Assembly (NCBI GenBank): GCA_039815185.1
Contig: JBCBZT010000004.1
Span: forward strand, 128,001-192,000
Length of the DNA: 64,000 bases
Source: Cyanobacteria bacterium P01_A01_bin.123
GTDB lineage: Bacteria; Cyanobacteriota; Cyanobacteriia; Phormidesmidales; Phormidesmidaceae
Direction of reading: 5' to 3'
How positions within the stretch are numbered: the first letter of the stretch is position 1; every line of letters begins with the position of its first letter. Below the pieces are notes generated by a model. It was given only the letters and a program-made list of their open reading frames with translations, made no database searches and was not told the origin of the DNA. A program made the translations under genes and the position numbers. Positions 20,788 to 31,142 of the stretch are shown piece after piece.

Positions 20788-21561
20788 ATGACTCAGCAAT
20801 ATGCCAATCAATACTCAACTCATTACCCGCGATCTGGTCATCCGCCGAGCCCCCCAGCCCAGCCAGGTGATGATTGGCAGCAGGGAGCCCAGCATTATCA
20901 GGCCCAGTCGGTCTTAGCGCCAGATCAACAGGCAGCCCAATATTCGAATCACTATCTAAGGCACCCGGCTAGTCCGCCCATGCCATCTCAGCCTCAGGCA
21001 TCTGCGTTTTATCCGCCTCAAAGGCAACAACCAACCTCCTATTCAAAGTCGGCGACTTACGCCAGTCAACCTACTGCCGCAGCTCATTATCCCCCTTCCG
21101 CTACTTTCCCCACTGTTCAACCGGGCGCAATGAATCAGGGAGGCTATGGCGAACCAATGCCGCTTCGGCGTCCAGGGGGTAAGCCTAAAACGGCCAGCTA
21201 TTTCTTGGCTGGGGGTTCGATTTCGATGCTGGCCATGATGGCGCTATTGGTTTTTCCGGGTAAGCAGCAGGCCACTGTTGAGACTGGACCGGCAATGTGC
21301 CAAGAAGTGGTAAAAGAAGACGCCCGTCTGTCTCGCAGTGCTCTCAGTCAGGTACTAGCGGTCGCTGAGCGATCGCCTAAAGAAAAAATCAATGAAATCC
21401 TAGCGGAACCCTATTGCATATTAGAGCCCCTCGCCGTGAGAGAGGGGGCTAATGCCCGACGGGAAGCCTATCCGTTGGAGTTTGATATCGATACCTGGTT
21501 TGTCGTGCTGTACGAAGAGGGTGAATACGCGGGCTATGACTTTAGCTTCCGCGGTCAGTAG
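20788..21561 (+). CDS. Hypothetical membrane-anchored protein (Pro/Gln-rich N-terminus, TM, small C-terminal domain)
   Basis: GGAGG RBS before ATG 20788; low-complexity region, TM FLAGGSISMLAMMALLVF, then a Cys-containing domain. Confidence 0.8.
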   Translation: MTQQYANQYSTHYPRSGHPPSPPAQPGDDWQQGAQHYQAQSVLAPDQQAAQYSNHYLRHPASPPMPSQPQASAFYPPQRQQPTSYSKSATYASQPTAAAHYPPSATFPTVQPGAMNQGGYGEPMPLRRPGGKPKTASYFLAGGSISMLAMMALLVFPGKQQATVETGPAMCQEVVKEDARLSRSALSQVLAVAERSPKEKINEILAEPYCILEPLAVREGANARREAYPLEFDIDTWFVVLYEEGEYAGYDFSFRGQ

Positions 21562-21622
21562 GGTGTCGCTTGTCAAATCTTGATGGGTGTTTTGAGTGAT
21601 TGGAACGATTGAGGGGTGAGGG

Positions 21623-22099
21623 GTGAGGGGTAAATCCAAGCAAGGGCAAAGTTGGCTAGGTGGTGTTCTAGGTAGCCTAGTGTTGGTGGCTTTGGCAGGA
21701 TGTGGTGGTGGCAATGCCGTCGCAACCCGTACGATTCCGATTCATCAAAACTGGGCACTCCAACCGGGTAGTGAGATTGCTGGCTATCGCGTCATCGGTA
21801 GCTTAGGCGATGTGTCGATTGAGTTAGACGGATATCCGGTGCGGGCTCCCTTTGATGGTCGAGTGGAACCGTTGGATGGGGGAGGGGGATGCGTGGTGTT
21901 TTCAACCCCTGAAGTTCCGGCCTACTTGTTTCGTTTGTGTGGCTTGGCGAATCCAGCTTTGGGGGATTTGCGACGCGGCGACAAAATTGGTAAGGGGCAA
22001 AGCCTGCAGTTTGCCGCTATGCGAAAGCAACCTGATGGTACCTGGGCAATTGTGGAACCTGCCTTAGACATTTTGGAACGGACGGTGAAGCAGCCATGA
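21623..22099 (+). CDS. Lipoprotein with degenerate M23/LytM-like domain
   Basis: Lipobox LVALAGC; PVRAPFDGRV, RRGDKIG and LQFAAMRK..VEP resemble the M23 scaffold without His ligands. Confidence 0.7.
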   Translation: MRGKSKQGQSWLGGVLGSLVLVALAGCGGGNAVATRTIPIHQNWALQPGSEIAGYRVIGSLGDVSIELDGYPVRAPFDGRVEPLDGGGGCVVFSTPEVPAYLFRLCGLANPALGDLRRGDKIGKGQSLQFAAMRKQPDGTWAIVEPALDILERTVKQP

Positions 22100-23169
22100 C
22101 CCATTTGCGCACGCTATCTCATTCTCGCGGAGTATTTGGCTTGTTGTCGGCAGCGGTGGGTATCTTTGCGACTCAATCCCAAGCGATCGCAGCTGGAGAG
22201 TTTGCCCTAGACTTTGATCATCCCACGCTGGCGGATGTGGATGTGGCGGTTGCTGAGCAACCCTTAGCTGCGGACGATGCAGCTAACCCGTCCCCCCCAT
22301 TGCTATCTGTCCCGGCGTTACCCTCATTTGTCCCGCTGATAGCGGCAGAATCATCAACTCAACGGCTACCCCCACCGCCACCAACGCTGACACCCCGCGC
22401 CATTACTCAGTCCCCATCGTCTCCAACTTTGAATTCAACATCCAACGAACCTGAACAACCGCCTCAATCCCCTCGTTTAGAAGATTTATTTGTAGGGGGG
22501 TCAGATTCCTTGGTGGCTAAAGCTGTGGGCAATGCTGAGGGCACTCGCACTGATGCCGGGGGGTACACTGCTGCCTACTATGGTCACGTAGATCCTGGCA
22601 ATCGTGCTTGGAACCTCGGCAGCTTTTCTTACCAGCATGGTGCGAATACACCAGAAGAAGCTGATGCCAAACAGCTCCAGCGACTCCAAGGCCAAGTTCA
22701 AACCCTGCAGTCTCAAGCTGTCAAAAAATCCCTGGCGCTAACCTTAGCTCAAACCCTCAACGGTATTGACTTAGCGAATCAAGCCCCGGCAACTGCGTTG
22801 GGCCGGGGGGGCTATATTGATCGCTTAGCGCAAGCTCACAACCTTGGCCTCAGAGGCGATGAGGCAGTGCTGTGGGCTCGAACGCGATCCTTTCTCAATC
22901 CCGATACCCAGCGTTGGAATGCGCCCGGTTTGGGCAACACGATTGAACAGATTACCCAAGACCAATCGCGCCGACAGCAGGCTATTCAAACTGCGATCGC
23001 AGCTACTCAACTTTCCCCTGCGGCTGTCATCCAAGTTGCACAGAAACCTGCAAATCCCAAGGATCCGGCTGTGGTTGATGCAGTTGTGACGCCACCCGAT
23101 GAAACTGAAATTGCGATTCAGGAGGCTTTGGCAGACGATTTGATTTCTTTGGACTTACCGCCGATTTAG
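22096..23169 (+). CDS. Secreted hypothetical protein, possible lysozyme-like domain
   Basis: Signal peptide, Pro-rich linker, then VAKAVGNAEGT...GHVDPGN...NLGSFSYQHG; ATGA overlap with the upstream gene. Confidence 0.75.
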   Translation: MTHLRTLSHSRGVFGLLSAAVGIFATQSQAIAAGEFALDFDHPTLADVDVAVAEQPLAADDAANPSPPLLSVPALPSFVPLIAAESSTQRLPPPPPTLTPRAITQSPSSPTLNSTSNEPEQPPQSPRLEDLFVGGSDSLVAKAVGNAEGTRTDAGGYTAAYYGHVDPGNRAWNLGSFSYQHGANTPEEADAKQLQRLQGQVQTLQSQAVKKSLALTLAQTLNGIDLANQAPATALGRGGYIDRLAQAHNLGLRGDEAVLWARTRSFLNPDTQRWNAPGLGNTIEQITQDQSRRQQAIQTAIAATQLSPAAVIQVAQKPANPKDPAVVDAVVTPPDETEIAIQEALADDLISLDLPPI

Positions 23170-23251
23170 GGATCTCCAGAAGGGATCAATCTTTATCGTA
23201 GATCGGTGTCAAAGCACAAGACCCAATGCGCCAACTTGAAACCTCTAGCTC

Positions 23252-23638
23252 TTACCCCTGTCCTTCTAGTGGTATGTCATTGAGCTTCATATAGCTGAGT
23301 AGCCAGTTGGTCATCGTGGCCCGTCGCGTCAACCTAGGGATCAGCTGATCAACGCTGTAGCCCTGGAAGCTCAACTGCTCCTTCAAAAGCTGCTTGTTCT
23401 CTTTGGGAATGGAGCGTGTCAACTGCACCGTTGCTGGACGACTATCAATAAAATCAGGCGGTTCCGGATATTTTTCAACCCAGGCCGGATCGACAGCTTG
23501 GGTATCCCACTGTTGAGCCGCTTCGTCAAAGCGATAGCCTAAATAGTGCCAAACCAATTGGTTGACCGTCTCATCAGGCAATTCTTCATTCAGGATGGCC
23601 CAGAGGGTGTTGTGGTTGAGGGGAGGGTGAGCGGACAT
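23252..23638 (-). CDS. DUF1823 family protein
   Basis: VNQLVWHYLGYR, PDFIDSRPATVQLTRSIPKENKQLLKE, TRRAT. Confidence 0.88.
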   Translation of the reverse strand: MSAHPPLNHNTLWAILNEELPDETVNQLVWHYLGYRFDEAAQQWDTQAVDPAWVEKYPEPPDFIDSRPATVQLTRSIPKENKQLLKEQLSFQGYSVDQLIPRLTRRATMTNWLLSYMKLNDIPLEGQG

Positions 23639-23724
23639 AGGGGAAAATTGATGGATGTTTAAGGTTGGGACTTTGATGGGGTGATGGCGAGGTGGGGTGA
23701 TGGGGAGGGTGGGGTACCTTACCC

Positions 23725-25446
23725 TCAAATCTCTCCTGCCGACCCTAGCACCTCACAGCGGATCGGCTGCTGCTGCATCAGAAGGCCATACTCCAAGCCT
23801 TCCACGACGGCCTGATAGGAGGCATCAATAATATTGGGGGAGACGCCGACGGTGGTCCAGCGTTGATAGCCATCGCTGGATTCAATCAAGACTCGGGTTT
23901 TGGCTGAAGTGCCGGCTTTGCCATCAAGGATGCGAACCTTATAGTCGGTAAGTTGGCAATGGGCGATCGCAGGGTAGAAATTCATTAGGGCTTTGCGTAG
24001 GGCTTTGTCCAAGGCTGAGACAGGGCCGTTGCCCTCGGCGGCTTCGAGAATTTCTTCGCCATTGACCCGTACTTTAACTGTGGCGAGGGCATGGTTACGC
24101 CAGCGATCGCCGTCGGGGACTTGCTCACAATGCACCTGGAAACCAGGGCGCTCAAAAAACTGGGGGCGTTGATTCATCGCTTCGCGCATCAGCAGCTCAA
24201 AGCTGGCTTCTGCGGCTTCAAACTGATAGCCTTCATGCTCCAGGGCTTTAAGCCGTAGAAGTAATTGACGGCAGGTGGGGTCTGTTTTTTCGAGATGAAG
24301 GCCAAAGCTTTTGGCCTTGGCGATTACGTTGCTCAACCCAGCCTGGTCAGAAATTACGATGCGGCGGTGGTTACCGACTTGTTCGGGGTTGATATGCTCG
24401 TAGGTCAGGGGGTTGCGCTCGACGGCACTGACGTGGATACCGCCCTTGTGGGCAAAGGCGGACAGACCCACAAAGGGCGCGTGATCGTCGGGGGCGAGGT
24501 TGACCACTTCACTGATGAATCGACTGGTTTCAGACAGGGTCGCCAATTGATCTGGGGCGATGCAGTCGTAACCGAGTTTAAGCTGTAGGTTCGGCAGTAG
24601 GGAACACAGGTTGGCATTGCCGCACCGTTCGCCATAGCCGTTGATCGTGCCCTGTACCATAGTAGCTCCAGCCCTTACTGCGGCTAGGGCATTGGCCACG
24701 GCAGTGCCCGAATCATTGTGAGTGTGGATACCTAATTGGGGAAACGGGGCACGATGGCCAAAGGTCTGTCTCTGACTATTGCCAAAGGTCTCGACTAGCC
24801 ACCGTTGCACTTTGCCCGTAATCTCAGAGACTTCGTGGGGCAGGGTGCCACCATTTGTGTCACATAGCACTAACCACTCGGCCCCTGCATTGACCGCCAC
24901 CGCTAGCGTCTGCAGCGCATAATCAGCATTTTGCTTGAAGCCGTCAAACCAGTGTTCGGCATCGTAAATAATCCGACGGTCTTGGCTACGCAGAAAGGCA
25001 ATGGTGTCGGCAATCATCGCCAGATTTTCGTCCAAAGTGGTCTTCAACCCTTCTACGACGTGCAGATCCCAGGATTTGCCAAACAGTGTCACCCAGCGAG
25101 TCCCCGCTGACAAAATCGGTTGCAGCATGGGGTCGGTTGCTGCCGACTGTCCGGGACGGCGGGTCGAGCAAAACGCCACAACTTCGGCCTGGGTCAAGGG
25201 CGTTTCCTTCAGCTGCCAAAAAAACTTGACGTCCTTAGGATTTGCCCCAGGCCATCCCCCTTCAATAAACGGTACCCCTAAGCGATCGAGCTGGCGGGCA
25301 ATTCTCAACTTGTCTTCAGTCGATAGGGACAACCCTTCTCGCTGGGCACCATCGCGAAGAGTCGTGTCGTAAATCCAAAGTCGAGGGTTGGCAGACGGAT
25401 CAAACTGTGACTTTTGCATGGGGTCAGGGGAAGGCATAGGGAACAA
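23725..25446 (-). CDS. cimA: Citramalate synthase
   Basis: YDTTLRDGAQ, IEGGWPGANPKD, HTHNDSG, AFAHKGG, GNGPV, DYKVRI. Confidence 0.93.
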   Translation of the reverse strand: MFPMPSPDPMQKSQFDPSANPRLWIYDTTLRDGAQREGLSLSTEDKLRIARQLDRLGVPFIEGGWPGANPKDVKFFWQLKETPLTQAEVVAFCSTRRPGQSAATDPMLQPILSAGTRWVTLFGKSWDLHVVEGLKTTLDENLAMIADTIAFLRSQDRRIIYDAEHWFDGFKQNADYALQTLAVAVNAGAEWLVLCDTNGGTLPHEVSEITGKVQRWLVETFGNSQRQTFGHRAPFPQLGIHTHNDSGTAVANALAAVRAGATMVQGTINGYGERCGNANLCSLLPNLQLKLGYDCIAPDQLATLSETSRFISEVVNLAPDDHAPFVGLSAFAHKGGIHVSAVERNPLTYEHINPEQVGNHRRIVISDQAGLSNVIAKAKSFGLHLEKTDPTCRQLLLRLKALEHEGYQFEAAEASFELLMREAMNQRPQFFERPGFQVHCEQVPDGDRWRNHALATVKVRVNGEEILEAAEGNGPVSALDKALRKALMNFYPAIAHCQLTDYKVRILDGKAGTSAKTRVLIESSDGYQRWTTVGVSPNIIDASYQAVVEGLEYGLLMQQQPIRCEVLGSAGEI

Positions 25447-25615
25447 AGCATCTCGTCTTATTTATTAAGGCAAGCCCGGGTAGTCAGTACTGGTCAGAGC
25501 CGACATGGGTCTGAGCTGGGAGGATAAACCTGAGGTTAGCAATTCACACAACGCAACCGAAAGAAACCCCTTAAGCTATGACCAGTTCATGCTGTCATCT
25601 ACTTTAGAATCTGCC

Positions 25616-25966
25616 ATGCCCAAAATTATCGCCCAAGGAAAAACCATTGAGTGTGAATCTGGGGCTAACCTGCGTCAGGTCTTGCTGAAGCATGGCATTG
25701 ATTTGTACAACTCAAACGCCAAAATGATTAACTGTCGCGGCATCGGCTCTTGTGGAACCTGTGCGGTAGCCATTGAGGCAGCTGTACCTGAGGCAGCTAC
25801 TCAGAGTGTTTCTGAAGCAAATTGGCGCGATCGCACCCGGCGATCTTTACCCCCCCATAATCCAGACCGCAACCTTAGATTAGCTTGTCAAACCCGTGTG
25901 TTTGGAGATATTAACGTCACAAAATTTGACGGTTTTTGGGGTCAGGGTGGCCAGCAAGTCTGGTGA
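25616..25966 (+). CDS. 2Fe-2S ferredoxin-like protein
   Basis: NCRGIGSCGTCAV...RLACQT. Confidence 0.92.
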   Translation: MPKIIAQGKTIECESGANLRQVLLKHGIDLYNSNAKMINCRGIGSCGTCAVAIEAAVPEAATQSVSEANWRDRTRRSLPPHNPDRNLRLACQTRVFGDINVTKFDGFWGQGGQQVW

Positions 25967-26127
25967 TGCTCTCGGAGTCACCAGACCCCCTGTCCGATTT
26001 GAAAATTTGAGGATTAGCCTCAGGAAAAACGCTGGATTTCGATTTGAACAGCGTTTAATTTCAATAAATGTGTCCCGAAACGCTTGAGCTGAGCGAAGAT
26101 AGAGAAGGGAATTGGGGAGAATATGGC

Positions 26128-26508
26128 ATGAATCGATACGTTTTAGGCGCTGTGCTTGCAGTTTTGGCCTATGTCGGTGCAAGTTCGGGGCAACAATTTG
26201 TCTCTCAACTGATGGACAACTCTGATACCAACGCACAACTATCAGATGGTGTCAGTAATGAAGCACTGACGCCTGTACAGCGGTTGGGACAAAATGCTCA
26301 GCGTGAAAGTGACGAACCGCCTGTCGTGAGTTCGGAGAATTTCGGCGCACCTGTAGAAGAAGCTCCGCAAACTTCACCCGTGCCGAATCCGACTGCGGTC
26401 AGCCCAGATACCACGGGTGGTAGCATCGGCGATTTCCCCCCGGCTCAATCCCAGACTGTTGACCCGACAACGGTCCCTGTAGACAATTCAATTCCCGCCC
26501 TTTGGTAG
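26128..26508 (+). CDS. Hypothetical exported Pro/Thr-rich protein
   Basis: N-terminal hydrophobic helix, disordered tail ending IPALW. Confidence 0.7.
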   Translation: MNRYVLGAVLAVLAYVGASSGQQFVSQLMDNSDTNAQLSDGVSNEALTPVQRLGQNAQRESDEPPVVSSENFGAPVEEAPQTSPVPNPTAVSPDTTGGSIGDFPPAQSQTVDPTTVPVDNSIPALW

Positions 26509-26513
26509 AGAGT

Positions 26514-28568
26514 ATGACAGGGAGCCGTGATGTCCTGATCATTGGTGGTGGCATTATCGGACTCGCGATCGCAGTCGAACTGCAACAGCGGGGTGCCCAA
26601 GTCACTGTGCTAAGTCGAGATTTTGAACAAGCGGCTAGCCGCGCCGCTGCTGGTATGTTGGCACCCCAGGCAGAAGGGATTACGCCTGGGGAATTTCAAG
26701 CTTTGTGTTTGTGCAGCTTGGCGGAATATCCCACCTGGACTAGCAAGCTTGAAAACCTGACTGGAGAATCCACTGGATACTGGCCCTGCGGCGTGTTGGC
26801 CCCCTACTATACCCCTGAGAATTCCAGTCCTTCTCCCTCCCCAAATGGTTCCTTAGCTCATAGTGAACCTCTCGATCTGAGTCCTCCAACGGCTCATTCA
26901 ACCGTACGATACTGGTTCGATCGCACTGCCCTACAACACTATCAACCCGGCTTAGGAGAAGCAGTCACAGGGGCCTGGTGGTTTCCAGAAGAAGGTCAGG
27001 TGGACAATCGGGCTTTGTTCAAGGCGTTGCGCCTAGCGGCTCAAACCTTAGGCGTCGATTTGCAAGCAGGGATTACAGTCGATGCGCTACAACAGCGCGA
27101 TCGCCAGATCACCCACGTGCGTACTTCCGAAGGCGACTTTGAAGCAGGGCATTATGTATTGGCGGCGGGATCGTGGTCTAATGAACTACTACCTGTGCCT
27201 GTGGTACCGCGCAAAGGGCAAATGGCAGCGGTAAAACTGTCGCCGGGTGATTCCCGAGCCTCGTCCCTCCAACGTGTTCTATTTGGCCCAGATATTTATA
27301 TCGTGCCGCGCCAAGATGGGCGGATTCTAATCGGCGCAACGGTTGAAGATGTGGGGTTTACGCCCCACAACACGCCTGCTGGATTGCAACAGCTGTTTGA
27401 GCGCGCCGCACGCCTCTATCCAGATATCCAAACCCTACCCCTACATGAATGCTGGTGGGGGTTTCGTCCGGCGACGCCTGATCAGATGCCGATTTTGGGG
27501 CCGAGCCATTGCACAAATCTGACCTTGGCTACGGGCCATTATCGCAATGGCATTTTGCTAGCCCCGGTCACAGCGTCTGTCATTAGTCAGTGGATTGTCG
27601 ATTATCAAGCCGACCCTTTACTCGATGCCTTTTCGTGGGAGCGGTTTCAATCTCCGATCTCCCCCGTTTCTCAGTCTTTTTCTGCCGCTGTTGTTACCCC
27701 CCCATCCCCGTCTCCTGTTGTTCCTATGCAAGTCTTAGAATCGATCTCAACCCCTCAAACCCCCAGTGCCGCAGCTGATCAACCCCTCACCATTGCAGGC
27801 CGTAAATTTGAATCTCGCTTGATGACTGGATCGGGCAAGTACGACAATTTTGATGTCATGCGGCAGGCAGTTGCTGCTAGTGGCAGCCAAATTGTGACCG
27901 TTGCAGTGCGGCGGGTGCAAACCAATGCCCCAGGGCATGAAGGGCTAGCTGAAGCCCTTGACTGGACAAAAATTTGGATGTTGCCTAACACGGCGGGTTG
28001 CCAAACCGCAGACGATGCGGTGCGGGTGGCTCGGCTGGGCCGGGAAATGGCGAAACTGCTGGGTCAAGAAGACAACAACTTTATTAAGTTGGAGGTGATT
28101 CCCGACGCCAAGTATTTGCTACCGGATCCCATTGGTACGCTGCAAGCGGCGGAGCAGTTAGCGAAAGAAGGATTCGCGGTGCTCCCCTATATCAATGCTG
28201 ATCCGCTGTTGGCTAAGCGCCTAGAAGAGGTGGGTTGCGTCACGGTGATGCCGCTGGGGTCGCCGATTGGGTCAGGCCAGGGCATTCGTAACGCCGCTAA
28301 TATTCAAATTATCATCGAAAATGCCAAGGTGCCTGTGGTAGTTGATGCCGGTATCGGTAGCCCCAGCGAAGCTGCCCAGGCAATGGAGATGGGAGCGGAT
28401 GCATTGCTGATCAACACTGCGATCGCGAAAGCTAAAGATCCCATTGGCATGGGACGGGCCATGGGGCTAGCTGCAGAAGCGGGTAGGTTGGCCTATATGG
28501 CTGGCCGGATCCCGACGAAAGCCTACGCCAGCGCTAGCTCTCCCTTGACCGGCGTGATTAACAGCTAA
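26514..28568 (+). CDS. thiG: Fused glycine oxidase ThiO / thiazole synthase ThiG
   Basis: ThiO motifs [28 protein letters not shown]; linker; ThiG motifs [27 protein letters not shown]. Confidence 0.95.
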   Translation: MTGSRDVLIIGGGIIGLAIAVELQQRGAQVTVLSRDFEQAASRAAAGMLAPQAEGITPGEFQALCLCSLAEYPTWTSKLENLTGESTGYWPCGVLAPYYTPENSSPSPSPNGSLAHSEPLDLSPPTAHSTVRYWFDRTALQHYQPGLGEAVTGAWWFPEEGQVDNRALFKALRLAAQTLGVDLQAGITVDALQQRDRQITHVRTSEGDFEAGHYVLAAGSWSNELLPVPVVPRKGQMAAVKLSPGDSRASSLQRVLFGPDIYIVPRQDGRILIGATVEDVGFTPHNTPAGLQQLFERAARLYPDIQTLPLHECWWGFRPATPDQMPILGPSHCTNLTLATGHYRNGILLAPVTASVISQWIVDYQADPLLDAFSWERFQSPISPVSQSFSAAVVTPPSPSPVVPMQVLESISTPQTPSAAADQPLTIAGRKFESRLMTGSGKYDNFDVMRQAVAASGSQIVTVAVRRVQTNAPGHEGLAEALDWTKIWMLPNTAGCQTADDAVRVARLGREMAKLLGQEDNNFIKLEVIPDAKYLLPDPIGTLQAAEQLAKEGFAVLPYINADPLLAKRLEEVGCVTVMPLGSPIGSGQGIRNAANIQIIIENAKVPVVVDAGIGSPSEAAQAMEMGADALLINTAIAKAKDPIGMGRAMGLAAEAGRLAYMAGRIPTKAYASASSPLTGVINS

Positions 28569-28726
28569 GACAGCCTGCGTATGATCCCTGATTACAGGTC
28601 GCTTCATCTGTCTCTATCATTGGGCAGATATCTTTACAAAGATCAAAGGTTCGGTTACTTAGCGAAGTAGATGTCTTAATCTTTGTTAAGATTAGTCACA
28701 ATAGAGTTAGTAAAGGATTAATACAG

Positions 28727-28897
28727 ATGCCCTACACCACTGAAGATGGCGGTCGCCTTAACAACTTTGCGGTTGAGCCTAAGATGTATGAAGCTGAGCC
28801 GCCAACGGGTTCACAAAAGCGCAACTATGCCATCTTGGGGATTGCAGCTGTGCTGCTGATTGGTGGTTTGTTTGCCGTTGCGGCATCTGTTTCATAG
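28727..28897 (+). CDS. psb34: Photosystem II assembly factor Psb34 (Ssl1498 family)
   Basis: Manual translation MPYTTEDGGRLNNFAVEPKMYEAEPPTGSQKRNYAILGIAAVLLIGGLFAVAASVS (56 aa; below the ORF-track cutoff). Confidence 0.9.
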   Translation: MPYTTEDGGRLNNFAVEPKMYEAEPPTGSQKRNYAILGIAAVLLIGGLFAVAASVS

Positions 28898-28955
28898 GGG
28901 TAGCTAGCTAGGTTTTTAGCTGAGCCGGATAGCTTGATTGAATAGCTTTGCATTG

Positions 28956-28985
28956 AAAAGAGACGGGGGTTACCTGGTCTCTTTT
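28956..28985 (+). terminator. Intrinsic terminator after psb34
   Basis: AAAAGAGAC...GTCTCTTTT hairpin followed by T-rich sequence. Confidence 0.7.
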
Positions 28986-29004
28986 CTTGTTTTAGGGGTG
29001 GATT

Positions 29005-30417
29005 ATGGCGTCAAGTTTCCAACGATTGCAGCACCATTATCGCCGTTTGCGTCAGGCCAAAGTTTTTAGTCCCTATTTCCCCGTTTCTCCAGCTCAGTTT
29101 TCCTGGTTCTATGGCTGGGTGATTGTGGCAGTAGCGACGATCGGTATTCTCATGAGCATTCCCGGGCAAACCGCTGGCGTAAGCGTCTTTACCGATCATT
29201 TAATTGAGGCCACTGGGTTATCGCGGCTGTCGTTAAGCAATGCCTATCTCGTGGGGACGCTCACTAGCGGATTATTGTTGCCCTATGGTGGCCGGTTGCT
29301 CGATCGGCTAGGCTCCCGATTTACGGTGGTGTTGTCGTCGCTTTGGTTGGCTGGGACGCTAGTATATCTTAGCTTTAGCGATCGCTTGCTCAACCTAATC
29401 AGCTCAGGTTTACCTGGGTTGACGGCCCAACAAATTGCGTTACCACTGTTGATTTTAGGTTTTTTTAGCCTGCGGTTTAGCGGCCAAGGAATGCTGACGT
29501 TGACCAGTCGAACCACCTTGGGCAAGTGGTTTGATCGACGACGAGGCTTTGTGTCTGGGCTCTCAGGCGTATTTGTGTCTTTTGGCTTTGCGGCTGCCCC
29601 GCTGATCTTTAGCCTCTGGATTGGCTTACTGGACTGGCGTGGGGCTTGGCTAAGCATGGCGCTGCTGGTAGGCGTGGGGATGGCGCTGTTGGGTTGGCTA
29701 TTTTTTCGAGATAATCCGGAGGTTTGCGGATTGCGGATGGATGGGGATGGGAGTCGGGAGGCAACGCTGGAAGTGGATTCGATCGGCAGTAGTCAGAAAT
29801 CGGCTTTGGAACCCCGTGCCTTATTGCCCCCATCAACGGATTTTACCCGTGCCCAAGCGGTGACAACGTTAGCCTTTTGGTCAACGACTTTAGCCCTATC
29901 ATCGCAGGCATTGATTATCACCGGGATCACTTTTCACATCGTTGATATTGGGGCCGCTGTGGCGTTGAGTGAAACCAAGACGGTGGCTTTGTTTTTGCCG
30001 ATGGCTATTTTATCGACGGGGGTTGGGTATGCCATTGGTGTGGTGTCTGACCGTATCCCCCTGAAGCGTTTGTATCTGCTGATGATGGGGGTGCAAGCCG
30101 TCGGTATTCTTTGCATGGGACGGCTGGATTTGGTGGGGGCGCGGGTATTGGTGATCGCGGGGTTTGGCATCAGCGGCGGCTGCTTTAGTACGCTGAGTAC
30201 GGTGACGCTACCACGCTTTTTTGGCCGCACTCACCTGGGGGCTATTGCGGGTGTGCAGATGATGAGTATGGTGATCGCTAGCGCGTTGGGGCCATCGTTT
30301 TTGGCATTGTTCCAGGCTCAATTTGGGTCTTATCAAACGGGGTTATATTTGTGTGCGATTTTCCCTGTGATGATTTTTTTGCTGCTGTTGCCGACCCAAA
30401 ATCCTCAAAATTCTTGA
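29005..30417 (+). CDS. MFS transporter
   Basis: FYGWVIV, GRLLDRLGSR, KWFDRRRG, RFFGRTHLG; about 12 TM. Confidence 0.92.
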   Translation: MASSFQRLQHHYRRLRQAKVFSPYFPVSPAQFSWFYGWVIVAVATIGILMSIPGQTAGVSVFTDHLIEATGLSRLSLSNAYLVGTLTSGLLLPYGGRLLDRLGSRFTVVLSSLWLAGTLVYLSFSDRLLNLISSGLPGLTAQQIALPLLILGFFSLRFSGQGMLTLTSRTTLGKWFDRRRGFVSGLSGVFVSFGFAAAPLIFSLWIGLLDWRGAWLSMALLVGVGMALLGWLFFRDNPEVCGLRMDGDGSREATLEVDSIGSSQKSALEPRALLPPSTDFTRAQAVTTLAFWSTTLALSSQALIITGITFHIVDIGAAVALSETKTVALFLPMAILSTGVGYAIGVVSDRIPLKRLYLLMMGVQAVGILCMGRLDLVGARVLVIAGFGISGGCFSTLSTVTLPRFFGRTHLGAIAGVQMMSMVIASALGPSFLALFQAQFGSYQTGLYLCAIFPVMIFLLLLPTQNPQNS

Positions 30418-30590
30418 GGGGTGACCCGTTGAGGAATTGTTCCACTTTGCGTGAGATGGGGCATGATTAGGATGTTAATTTCAGCGCGATCGCTATGAAT
30501 CGGTCTATTAAACCGCGTCCACATCCAGATCCACAGTTTTCCTTCGCAGGGGCTAGAGGCCTCTCGCCCCTACTCAAGGTTTCAAATCGG

Positions 30591-31013
30591 ATGTGGTTTA
30601 TTCTTTCAGTTCTTGCTGTCTGCACGGCTTGGTTCACCCCTGCGGCTGTTTTGGCCGATGAGCCTGAGGAGGTGAATCCGCAAATCCAGGCGCTGCGTGG
30701 CACAATAGCAACTGCCCTGTGTTTGAATGAGTGGGATTTGGCGATGGATCTGACGAGCCAGCTTATGGCCACAGAAGGAGTCAATAGTGTTTATCGTACT
30801 GAACTGGTTCGATTTCGCGGTCAGATTCAAACCTGGGCGTTTCAAAATGAGCCGATTCGGTTTCAGGGCTGTGATGACGAGATTGCCGCGTCGATGGTGT
30901 ATGTGAGCAACCCTCAGCAGGTCGCTGAAGCTGAGGCTGAAGGTGCTAACCCACCGCTAGACTGGGCCGGGGCTTATGAGTCTTATCAGTTGTTGCAGCA
31001 ATCAAGCTTTTAA
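30591..31013 (+). CDS. Hypothetical secreted protein
   Basis: Signal peptide (..AVLA), two Cys residues. Confidence 0.6.
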   Translation: MWFILSVLAVCTAWFTPAAVLADEPEEVNPQIQALRGTIATALCLNEWDLAMDLTSQLMATEGVNSVYRTELVRFRGQIQTWAFQNEPIRFQGCDDEIAASMVYVSNPQQVAEAEAEGANPPLDWAGAYESYQLLQQSSF

Positions 31014-31035
31014 TCCTGGTGATACCTTGCCATAA

Positions 31036-31140
31036 CTGCTTACAGGCACCGACCTCAATCTTTACTACGACAGCCACTATCTGCTTCGCTACAAACGCCC
31101 CGATTGGTTTCTCGCCCTCGGTGTCCCCCGCCTCTACGAC
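31036..31140 (+). pseudogene. Internal fragment of a Uma2-family gene
   Basis: LLTGTDLNLYYDSHYLLRYKRPDWFLALGVPRLYD resembles the DLNLYYD..YKRPDWF..GV.RLY Uma2 subfamily. No start codon; preceded by TAA. Confidence 0.75.
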
Positions 31141-31142
31141 AT

